Below are positions 20,802 through 28,443 of a stretch of 64,000 bases of DNA, in pieces. The translations under genes were made by a program, and so were the position numbers. How positions within the stretch are numbered: the first letter of the stretch is position 1; each line of letters begins with the position of its first letter. The stretch comes from Clostridia bacterium (GTDB lineage Bacteria; Bacillota; Clostridia; UBA1212; DUPL01): NCBI GenBank assembly GCA_050951325.1, contig JBMNIW010000011.1, positions 1 to 64,000 on the forward strand. The letters are read 5' to 3'. Under the pieces are notes generated by a model that was given only the letters and a program-made list of their open reading frames with translations, was not told where the DNA came from and searched no databases.

Positions 20802-21703
20802 TCATATGACTGTTTTAATCATTTGGAAATATTTCAAGTTCTTTTTATAGAATTCTCGACATTTGGACCATAACAAGATATTTACTGAAGTTCCTTTTCT
20901 GTTGACTTCCTTGTCTACTATCAAGCAAAGATTGCTTTTCTCCATTTTCTTTTTAATCTGTTCCGTTTGCCCGACATGGCACATAACCAAAAGCTTGCCA
21001 TTGTCAGATAAATTGGGAAGAAGATTGTAAAAAGCTTCAATTGCAACGGGTGTGTAATTTTCTGAAAAAGGTATTTCTGTAACCACCGCATCCACCTTTT
21101 TGTCGCCCAAATCAACTTTTCTTGCATCGCACGAATAATGCTTGTCCGCATACATCGACAGTCCAGGCTCCAACAACTTGTCAATATCAGCACTAATCAA
21201 ATACAGCGAAGGATTTATGAGTTTTGCGGCGTGTAAAATTCCTCCGCCTCCTGCAAAAGGATCCATGAGAGTCTGTATTGTATAAGGTTTTACCAGGTTT
21301 ACCATCATTTTTGCATCCTCAAGGGGAAGTCCCCTTCTTCCGGCTTCGCTTCCGTCACCCCTGTATCCCTTTACATGCTTTACAGTGCCATCCTCCTGAT
21401 ATATTGCAAACATTCTGTTGTTGACAGACTGTTTCTGGTACTGTTTCTTGCATTCAATGTAGAAAGGAATTACATTAAAACGCCGTCCTTTCCAAAAGTA
21501 TTCATTCACACTCTTTATCTCGTTTGTGGCGCCAGGCTTTTCCAATGTGAAGTCCAGTTTGTAATATTTGTCGCAGTATCCTACAGTTTTCAGAATACTT
21601 ACCAGTTCGCCATCCAATGTCTTGGGAACAAAAAATGAAACAAGACCGCTGACATCCCCCAAGGGGCCGTTAAAGACAAATATACCACCCACTTGACTTA
21701 TTA
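20802..21703 (-). pseudogene. 3' part (297 codons) of a split SAM-dependent methyltransferase (Trm11/RlmL-like m2G class)
   Basis: MDPFAGGGG motif I, ADID, TEIPF motif IV-like; interrupted at GACTTATTA by the integrative element. Confidence 0.85.
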
Positions 21704-21752
21704 TCCAGTGGGCAATACGCCTGTGGGGGTTCAAATCCCCTCCCTCGCACCA
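21704..21752 (+). other. 3' half of a tRNA (probably tRNA-Leu) carried in attP; not a complete tRNA gene
   Basis: TCCAG anticodon-stem strand, long variable arm, GGGGGTTCAAATCCCCT T-arm, CCCTCGC-A-CCA end; no 5' half upstream. Confidence 0.85.
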
Positions 21753-21812
21753 ATGAAATCAAGGGTTCCAGGGTTTTTGTAAATCCTGGAATTAAATATA
21801 AGACGGTCTAAA

Positions 21813-21833
21813 TAATGCAGTTTTAATGCAGTT
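21813..21833 (+). repeat. Putative integrase arm-type sites
   Basis: TAATGCAGTT twice at 11-bp period between attL and the integrase stop. Confidence 0.6.
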
Positions 21834-21839
21834 GGGTAC

Positions 21840-21871
21840 AAAAAAATAGCAGGGGCGCCATCCCTGCTATT
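21840..21871 (-). terminator. Integrase terminator
   Basis: AATAGCAGGG-GCGCCAT-CCCTGCTATT hairpin with a U-tract on the minus strand. Confidence 0.7.
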
Positions 21872-21893
21872 GTAACTAAGTAACTAAAGGTTC

Positions 21894-23090
21894 TTATCTA
21901 TTGCCTTGCGTTTTCGCATGGCTTTTTTCTTTACTTAACAAGCCGTTCAATGTAGCCGCTGCCGCTTCCTGTAATCCTGGGGTTAAGTGGCTATATAGGT
22001 CAAGGGTCATGGTAATACTGCTGTGTCCCAGCCGCTCCTGCACAACCTTCGGATGGACGCCACGGGCCAGCAGTAAGCTCGCATGTGTGTGCCGCAAGTC
22101 ATGCAGCCGTACTTTTGGCAATCCGGCCTTCTCCAAGTGTCGTTGAAACCGTTTAGTAAATTCCCTTGGGTCTAGGGGGGTCCCGTCCTCCTTGCAGAAC
22201 ACAAGGCCGTGGTCCTGGTAGGCTTCGCCCGCGCGGAGCTTCTCTTGCGCCTGCCGCTTCCTGTGGGCCTTCAATTCCCGGATTGCATCATCGGTTAGGA
22301 CAATGCTTCTCATGCCGCTCTTGCTCTTGGTTGTTTCCTCCAGAGTTAAGCCGTCTTTTAAGACTAACAATTGCCGCTGGACAGTTATAACGCCATTCTC
22401 AATGTCAACACAGTCCCAGCACAAGCCTAACAGTTCACCGCGCCGCAGGCCTGTAGTTGCCGCTAGGACGTAGGCCGCAAAAAGCCGGTCCTCTTTAGCC
22501 GCTTCAAAAAATTTAAGTAATTCGTCTTCAGTTAATGGCCGCATCTGCTTGTTTTTAACGGTAGGGGGACTTGTAGCATCCGCAACGTTCCGGGGCAGTA
22601 GCCCTTCTTTGACTGCTTGCTGCAGGGCCTGGCGAATGATAGCATGTAAATAACGCACCATCCTTGTTGACAGGCCGCCTTTGCCGTCAGCCCGGCCTTT
22701 TTCCAGCTTCTCATTATAGAAAGACTGTAACATGTTGGCCTGTAGCTTCGCCATCGGGATTTTCCCAAGACCAGGCTTAATGTGAACATTAATCAACGTT
22801 TCGTAACTCTCATAAGTACTAGGTTTAAGCTGTCCCTTTTTATAGCCGGTAAGCCACTTGTCCAGCCACTCCCCGAAGGTAGTCTGCGCCGGTTCAACAA
22901 ATGTTCCGTTTCTCACTTCCTGCAGGACCTGGGCCATCTTTTCCACAACCTCTTTGCGGGTCTTGCCGTAGAAGCTTTTGCGTTTCAGCTTCCCTGTTAC
23001 CGGGTCATAGCCTATGCTTACCTGTCCTGCCCAGGTCCCGTCCTGCCGTTTATAGATGGTTCCTTCACCGTTACCACGCCGCTTGGCCAT
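21894..23090 (-). CDS. Tyrosine recombinase/integrase (phage, ICEBs1-like)
   Basis: MAKRRGNGEGTI start behind AGGAGG, TGLRRGELLGL, HDLRHTHAS, ERLGHSSITMTLDLYSH (R-H-R-H-Y set intact). Confidence 0.96.
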   Translation of the reverse strand: MAKRRGNGEGTIYKRQDGTWAGQVSIGYDPVTGKLKRKSFYGKTRKEVVEKMAQVLQEVRNGTFVEPAQTTFGEWLDKWLTGYKKGQLKPSTYESYETLINVHIKPGLGKIPMAKLQANMLQSFYNEKLEKGRADGKGGLSTRMVRYLHAIIRQALQQAVKEGLLPRNVADATSPPTVKNKQMRPLTEDELLKFFEAAKEDRLFAAYVLAATTGLRRGELLGLCWDCVDIENGVITVQRQLLVLKDGLTLEETTKSKSGMRSIVLTDDAIRELKAHRKRQAQEKLRAGEAYQDHGLVFCKEDGTPLDPREFTKRFQRHLEKAGLPKVRLHDLRHTHASLLLARGVHPKVVQERLGHSSITMTLDLYSHLTPGLQEAAAATLNGLLSKEKSHAKTQGNR

Positions 23091-23151
23091 GATTAACTTG
23101 CCTCCTCCTTTTCTGATGTACTTCTCAAAGCATAGGGCCTCCTTTCTGTTA

Positions 23152-23171
23152 ATGCTTAAGATATTAAGCAT
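23152..23171. promoter_or_regulatory. Putative operator upstream of the integrase
   Basis: ATGCTTAA-GATA-TTAAGCAT inverted repeat in an AT-rich divergent intergenic region. Confidence 0.45.
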
Positions 23172-23193
23172 ATTATACAATATGTTAATTGTA

Positions 23194-23585
23194 ATGTCAA
23201 TAGCCGAAGAGCTTGAGGCCGTTGAGCGGGAGCGGGCGAGGAGATGTATGCTTGCTACCCAGAATAACAAGTCTGGGAAGGCTATAGCAGCGGTGGAAAC
23301 ATTTCCACCGCAGGAATTAGGCAAAACCCGCGACAAAGTAGCCGCCGCCGTAGGCCTTGGTTCCGGTCGCACCTACGACAAGGGGAGCGAACGGACCTAA
23401 CTTCTGCCAAACGTTTGGCAGAAGTTGAGCGCGTCCCCCAGAGATCGACTCAAAAGATAGCTGAAGCTGTAGGACTTGGCAGTCACGAAACATATCGCAA
23501 AGCCAACAAGAAAGGACGCAAAAAAAATGCTCCAGCAGCTGCTAGGGCAAGAGCCGGAGCAGAAGGACTGGGGCAGGCATATTGA
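23194..23585 (+). pseudogene. Two tandem fragments of phage ParB-like HTH genes, each containing a palindrome
   Basis: VETFPPQ..GKTRDKVAAAVGLGSGRTYDK, then in another frame QGERTDLTSAKRLAEV..STQKIAEAVGLGSHETYRKA. Confidence 0.65.
23399..23426. repeat. Perfect 28-bp palindrome
   Basis: AACTTCTGCCAAAC|GTTTGGCAGAAGTT. Confidence 0.95.
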
Positions 23586-23596
23586 GGAAGCCAGGG

Positions 23597-24034
23597 CTAA
23601 AGGGTTGGCGGGGCCGTGGTAGAACGTGAGCTTTTAATTTCATTGATGATGTTTATTTCTATTTCTTCGTTTTTCTGTGCTAATCGATGCCCAATAAAAA
23701 ATGCATCAACTAAAGCCCAAAGAGCCGGTATAATCAACAGTGAAAAGCCCGCTGGCCCCAAAAAAATTACTTCTTCAGCAGTGGAAGCTGTATCTATGAC
23801 GTAGGCATTCCACAATGTTGCAACAAACAATGAAAGCAAAAACACAATAGTTTGTGCTATAGCACGACCTTTATCGCCAAGGTAATATCTATGTCCTCCT
23901 ATAATGCCTGTAAACCACCAAAGCAACCATAACACTACACGACTTTTTTTGCGTCTTCGGAATTCGGATTCAAGCATTGATAATTCTTGGGAACTTAAGT
24001 CTTTTTTCATGGAAAGTAAATCGAGCAATTGCAT
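23597..24034 (-). CDS. TM2-domain membrane protein
   Basis: KKSRVVLWLLWWFTGIIGGHRYYLG motif, WALVDAFFI. Confidence 0.9.
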   Translation of the reverse strand: MQLLDLLSMKKDLSSQELSMLESEFRRRKKSRVVLWLLWWFTGIIGGHRYYLGDKGRAIAQTIVFLLSLFVATLWNAYVIDTASTAEEVIFLGPAGFSLLIIPALWALVDAFFIGHRLAQKNEEIEINIINEIKSSRSTTAPPTL

Positions 24035-24221
24035 TACCCCCTTTGGTTAATTATGGTTATACAAATATTCTACAAAACAAGGCGAATTCCTGCCTTATTT
24101 TTTTATGCAAGGTGGTGAACACATATGCTAGTCGGCGAAGTATTCGCCCGTATGGGCCTTGACATTTGTTGCCTTTTTGAGCAAAATACTGTATTATTGA
24201 AGCAAGAAAGGAGGATGCCTA

Positions 24222-24425
24222 ATGATTAAGTGTAACTTGTCGCTATTAATGGGTAAATATAGGGAAACCATTCAAAGTGTTCACGAAAAAACAGGCTTAA
24301 ATCGGAATACGATTTCAAACCTTTACCATGAGAAAGTGAAACGTATCGACTTCGATACACTGGAGAAGCTATGTAAACTGTTCAATTGTCAGCCAGGCGA
24401 CATCTTGGAATATATACCAGATTAG
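24222..24425 (+). CDS. Small XRE/Cro-like HTH regulator
   Basis: TGLNRNTISNLY..RIDFDTLEKLCKLFNCQPGDILEY; strong RBS. Confidence 0.92.
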   Translation: MIKCNLSLLMGKYRETIQSVHEKTGLNRNTISNLYHEKVKRIDFDTLEKLCKLFNCQPGDILEYIPD

Positions 24426-24461
24426 TAAACACTTTACTATCTTAATAGAGCGAAAGAAGGG

Positions 24462-24881
24462 TTGATTATTATGGGCACCGTAATAAAGCTAACTTGTTCT
24501 AAATGCAAATTAGAAAGTGATAAATTATATATTGGAAAAGGTTCTGATGACCGCCAATGCTATGGGGTAGCATGGTGCCCCCAGTGTGCAGAATTCACCA
24601 CTCCATTAGTGCCTGATGGATTGTTTAAAGAAACAGTGAACGATGATAACAGCCTTGAAACTATCTACCTTCTAGATGACAGAAGCATAGCTTGTCCACC
24701 TGATTACATTTCTTCCTGGTTCCAACCTCTTTGCTTAAGTTGCTGTCAGGGAGTATCTCTTTTTGATATGGAAAACAAACCCTGTCCAATTTGCGGCGCA
24801 AAAATGACTGAAAAAGCTATTGGAATTTGGAAATTGCCAATACCCACTAAAGAAGGTACTCCATCGAATAAAGATGATTGA
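24462..24881 (+). CDS. Hypothetical zinc-ribbon protein
   Basis: Four CxxC motifs (CSKC, CPQC, CLSC, CPIC). Confidence 0.65.
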   Translation: MIIMGTVIKLTCSKCKLESDKLYIGKGSDDRQCYGVAWCPQCAEFTTPLVPDGLFKETVNDDNSLETIYLLDDRSIACPPDYISSWFQPLCLSCCQGVSLFDMENKPCPICGAKMTEKAIGIWKLPIPTKEGTPSNKDD

Positions 24882-24895
24882 AGGAGTGGTTGTCA

Positions 24896-25078
24896 ATGAG
24901 TAAAAAGCTGAGTTTAATTGAACGCTGGGAGATTGACGATGCCCAGGCGGGAATAGTCATTTGGCGATGTAATAGCTGCCGCAATCACCGAGGCAATAAT
25001 GAATGTTCGGTATATGGGATTATTCCCAAAGAAATAGCGGAGATGAAAAAAACATGCAATAAATTTGAAGATCAATGA
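24896..25078 (+). CDS. Small Cys-rich hypothetical protein
   Basis: AAGGAG RBS; CNSCRNH..CSVYGIIPKEI..C pattern seen in phage-associated small proteins. Confidence 0.55.
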   Translation: MSKKLSLIERWEIDDAQAGIVIWRCNSCRNHRGNNECSVYGIIPKEIAEMKKTCNKFEDQ

Positions 25079-25150
25079 AATATGTAGTAGTAACACTTTT
25101 AAACCCCCAGATAGTATTAGTTTCTAGACATGGGGTATACTATTTCGGGG

Positions 25151-25567
25151 TTATATTCCCAACCTATGAGCTAGCAGGGTAAGAATAACAGCCTGATACC
25201 GGTAAAAATTGCTTTCACTCATACCCAACTCCTGGGCTACTTTCCATATGGGATAACCGTCAAAGTAGTGTAGTTCAATGAGTTTCCGCTTTTCTTCATC
25301 AAGGTAGGCCAGCAGGTCTTCAACGGCTTGGACGTAAAAGCGGGTCTTACTCCACATCTCTTCCAGCCGTAACAGCTTAAAAGCCTGGTTGGCCGTTCGG
25401 TCTCCTATTGCACTCACTCGAACAGGTTCCTGCCAAGTAGCGACAGGCACTTTTTCAGCTATGGCCTGCTTTTCTTCCTCCAGGGCCGCAAGTTCTTTTT
25501 TCATTAACGGATATTGGCGCAATATAGCTTGGCAAAACCGCCTTACAGGTGTCGTCAGTTTATTCAA
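25151..25567 (-). CDS. RinA/ArpU-like phage late transcriptional activator
   Basis: ILRQYP, coiled coil, GDRTA, C-terminal sigma-region-4-like HTH (KVAQELGMSESNFYR). Confidence 0.75.
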   Translation of the reverse strand: MNKLTTPVRRFCQAILRQYPLMKKELAALEEEKQAIAEKVPVATWQEPVRVSAIGDRTANQAFKLLRLEEMWSKTRFYVQAVEDLLAYLDEEKRKLIELHYFDGYPIWKVAQELGMSESNFYRYQAVILTLLAHRLGI

Positions 25568-25659
25568 AAGACAGCCCTCTTTTTGATACGCTATCTAGTG
25601 GGACGCTAAAAAGCCTGTATTTACAAGCCTTACAGCCTTCGTAATGCAAAAGTAATGCA

Positions 25660-26271
25660 TCACCATCCTGCCGGTTTAGGAACAGGGGTCATTTTTTTGC
25701 GCCTCTCCCCATACCAGCAGGCCAAGGCCACCGCTAACACAAGGTCGTCATGTATTCCTTCCCGCCAGGCTTCATAACTGTCATGGGCCGTCTTGACGTT
25801 AATTTTTACCTTGAAGTTAAGCAGTTCTTCCACCAGCACCGGGGCCAGCTTCAGGCCGCCAGCCACCTTAAGCCTGCCGGATTGAAACAGCACTTGCAGG
25901 TTTGTCACCAAGTCCCGTTTTGGTACGTGGTAGCCTCCATTGCCGACAGTAACCGTGTTTCCCCCAGTTATCGTTATCGCTACTGGCCGCAGGCCGGCTT
26001 TACGAAACAGGTCCACCACAGGGGCACCAACGCCGGTAGCGTCCACCACCAGGGCCGTCCTGTTTAATAGCTGGGGAGACTGCATCAAATCCTGGACTTT
26101 CTCAACAATGGCCGGGTATGGGGTTCCCAGCTTTGGCCGCTCCAAGTGTCTAATGTGATATTGCTCTCTGGGTAAACTATAGTAAAAATGTTTACGCTCA
26201 ATAACCGTCAAGGCCGTGTAGTCCTGTGCCTGGCCTAAGTCAAGGCCAATATAAAAGTTATACACTGTCAT
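25660..26271 (-). CDS. Stand-alone terminase large-subunit nuclease-like (RNase H fold) protein
   Basis: IGLDLGQAQDYTA, VVDATGVGAPV, HDDLVLAVALA; GAGGAGG RBS before ATG 26271. Confidence 0.8.
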   Translation of the reverse strand: MTVYNFYIGLDLGQAQDYTALTVIERKHFYYSLPREQYHIRHLERPKLGTPYPAIVEKVQDLMQSPQLLNRTALVVDATGVGAPVVDLFRKAGLRPVAITITGGNTVTVGNGGYHVPKRDLVTNLQVLFQSGRLKVAGGLKLAPVLVEELLNFKVKINVKTAHDSYEAWREGIHDDLVLAVALACWYGERRKKMTPVPKPAGW

Positions 26272-26284
26272 CGCCTCCTCATTA

Positions 26285-26359
26285 GACGATATTTGGACGA
26301 TATCTGGACGATATCTGGACGATATCTGGACGATACCGCAAAGTTCATCGTCCAGATAA
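26285..26359. repeat. 11-bp tandem repeat (GACGATATCTG x4.6) plus an inverted copy; iteron-like
   Basis: Units at 26285, 26296, 26307, 26318 and 26329 (partial); inverted ATCGTCCAGATA near 26348. Confidence 0.85.
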
Positions 26360-26375
26360 AAACCCAGCACAAATG

Positions 26376-28085
26376 CAATGTCATTAACTTAAGAAACTCG
26401 TTTTAAAGAACCCTAACTTATTCGGTTAGGGTCTTTTTATCACATTTTCAGTTTTACATTTTAAAACAAATATGATAAAATAATACAGAGTTGTTAAATT
26501 TTAAATATTATTTAATACTCTCGATTTTGCTAGAAATGGGGAGTATAAGATGTTAAAATTATTATCTAAGATTAGATTAGAAAAAGACCTGGAGTATGCG
26601 CAGAAAGAAGAGTTCAAAAAAACATATAGGCAAAAAAGCACTGACTTCACAAGAAAAAGGAAGTTAACTATGTTTGATATCATTCTATCTACCATTACTC
26701 GAGTTGGTTTTTCATTGAAACTTGAAATCAGGAGATATTTAAAGATGAAACAAGATGACAAAACTGTATCAAAAGTAGCGTATTTAAAACAACGTTTAAA
26801 GCTTGATCCCAAAGCTTTTCTCGCTTTGAATAGCTTTCATTTAAAGAATTTCTACAACGAAGAGACAGCAAGAACAATTAAGAATTATTTAGTTCTCGCT
26901 GTTGACGGTAGTAATATTACTATACCCACAAATAAAGAAACTCTAGAATTATATGGTAACTCCTCGGTGCCATCTGCAAAGCCTACTGCACAGATTGGTC
27001 TTTCTTGTATATACGATGTGTGTAATGAATTTATTTTAGATATATCTATTAACAGGAATAATTTTGACGAACGTGCTGCTGCCGAGAAGAATATTGATAA
27101 CATTGCTGAAATTATTGAAGACAAAGCCTTTATCGTTTTGTTTGATAGAGGTTATCCTTCAATTGAAAATATGCTTAATCGATTCGAGAAGGGACAAAAA
27201 TTTCTCATGAGGTTAAGCTCTTCGCAGTTCAAAAGAGAGCAATCGTCTATGACTTCCGATGATGAAATTATTGAGATAAAATTTGATCAGACCCGTATTA
27301 ACCCTTATCGAAATACAAAGTTTGCAGAGAAACTACGTACTGTTGGTTCTATGTTTGTAAGATTTGTACGCGTGCATTTATCTTCCGGTGAAACTGAGTA
27401 TCTTGCTACTAATTTAAGCCAAGAAGAGTTCAATACCAAAGAAATTTCGGACTTGTATTTTATGCGATGGGCAATAGAAACAGTATATGATACCTTAAAA
27501 AACAAATTAGAAATCGAAAATTTTACAGGAACAAAACCGTTACTTATAGAACAAGATATATATGCGACAGTATATCTGTGTAACATTATCCAAGATGTTA
27601 TTCGAGATGCCGAAGAATCGTTAAAGCGTGAGGGAAAACTTAACAAATACAAACATGTTATGACTATAAATAAAAACTTCGCAATCGGAGTAATGAGGGA
27701 TGAACTAATAGGATTTGTAGCAACTGATAGTGATGTTGAACGCAGAATCTTATTCGAGAAAGTCATAAAAGAAATACAATCAGAACTTATACCTGTAAGA
27801 AAAGGGCGTTCTTTAAACAGACACAAAAATGCAAAAAGCAAGAGGTTCTTTAATAATATTAAAAGAAACTCCTAGTTTTCCATATTCCTAATATTTACAT
27901 AGCAAGAGTTATTGTTATAAACTATAACTTAACTTTTTTATGTCATTTTTTTAAATCTGTAACAAGACAAAGATAAAGTGTATTAGAAGGATCAATAAAA
28001 TACCGTGCCAGTTAATTTAAGATTTGAAATAAACTAAGAGATCGCAACAAAACATGTATTGCGATCTCTTAAGTTAATGACATTG
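26376..28085 (+). mobile_element. IS4-family element
   Basis: Perfect 19-bp terminal IRs CAATGTCATTAACTTAAGA; no flanking target duplication. Confidence 0.92.
26550..27875 (+). CDS. IS4-family transposase
   Basis: AVDGS, FDRGY and Y..RW.IE...K (YREK) motifs. Confidence 0.95.
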   Translation: MLKLLSKIRLEKDLEYAQKEEFKKTYRQKSTDFTRKRKLTMFDIILSTITRVGFSLKLEIRRYLKMKQDDKTVSKVAYLKQRLKLDPKAFLALNSFHLKNFYNEETARTIKNYLVLAVDGSNITIPTNKETLELYGNSSVPSAKPTAQIGLSCIYDVCNEFILDISINRNNFDERAAAEKNIDNIAEIIEDKAFIVLFDRGYPSIENMLNRFEKGQKFLMRLSSSQFKREQSSMTSDDEIIEIKFDQTRINPYRNTKFAEKLRTVGSMFVRFVRVHLSSGETEYLATNLSQEEFNTKEISDLYFMRWAIETVYDTLKNKLEIENFTGTKPLLIEQDIYATVYLCNIIQDVIRDAEESLKREGKLNKYKHVMTINKNFAIGVMRDELIGFVATDSDVERRILFEKVIKEIQSELIPVRKGRSLNRHKNAKSKRFFNNIKRNS

Positions 28086-28139
28086 CGTAAAATCGGGCTT
28101 TTATAAATTAGGCTAAACTAGGTTAAATGAAGAAGGTAA

Positions 28140-28275
28140 GACTTATTACTGTGGACAATTCAAAAACGGCAAGACGCTTTGCCTTTTTCCTGGAAGTTCT
28201 GATTCTGCACACTAATAGATCATACTTGTCCACGTACTTGTCTATCTCGCTCTTTGACACCTTGACATATTTCAA
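28140..28275 (-). pseudogene. 5' part (45 codons) of the split methyltransferase
   Basis: GGAGG RBS + TTG; MKYVKVSKSEIDKYVDKYDLLVCRIRTSRKKAKRLAVFELSTVIS ends in the att core, in frame with QVGGIF of the 3' part. Confidence 0.85.
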
Positions 28276-28293
28276 TTTAATCCTCCAATAATC

Positions 28294-28437
28294 AAAAAAG
28301 GCTGGCTAACGCAAGGTGTTTTTCACATTGCACAAACCAACCCTTTATATGTTTTTCTCCCTTGTTTTTTATTCATTTTCCTCTCCATGGAATAAATTGT
28401 TCTAATTCCATTATACACCACCACTCAAAAGAATCAA
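28294..28437 (-). promoter_or_regulatory. Sigma-A-like promoter, 17-aa leader ORF and terminator hairpin (putative attenuator)
   Basis: TTGATT-N16-TATAAT (28437-28410); leader MNKKQGRKTYKGLVCAM (28376-28323) overlaps the 5' arm of a hairpin + U6 (28346-28294). Confidence 0.6.
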
Positions 28438-28443
28438 CCCGGG

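Larger units (their letters stand above)
21695..28148. mobile_element. Tyrosine-integrase phage/satellite-like integrative element (degenerate)
   Basis: 9-bp direct repeat GACTTATTA at 21695-21703 and 28140-28148; flanks rejoin in frame; contains integrase, XRE, RinA/ArpU and terminase-like genes. Confidence 0.9.

Noticed and set aside
21660-21752. Complete tRNA gene
   Set aside because: No 5' acceptor strand (GCGAGGG) or D-arm upstream; that sequence is methyltransferase coding DNA.
23091-23372. N-terminal extension of the integrase in the 492-aa track ORF
   Set aside because: Strong RBS and typical MAKRRGNGEG start at 23090; the extension is the antisense of the HTH fragments.
26285-26336. 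CRISPR array
   Set aside because: 11-bp head-to-tail units with no spacers and no cas genes.
26272-26370. N-terminal extension of the terminase-like ORF
   Set aside because: It translates the tandem repeat; the RBS supports ATG 26271.
20741-28437. Element as a proven skin-like sporulation switch because it neighbours cotS/sipL
   Set aside because: The split gene has a sigma-A-like promoter and cotS has its own mother-cell-type promoter; adjacency alone is not evidence.
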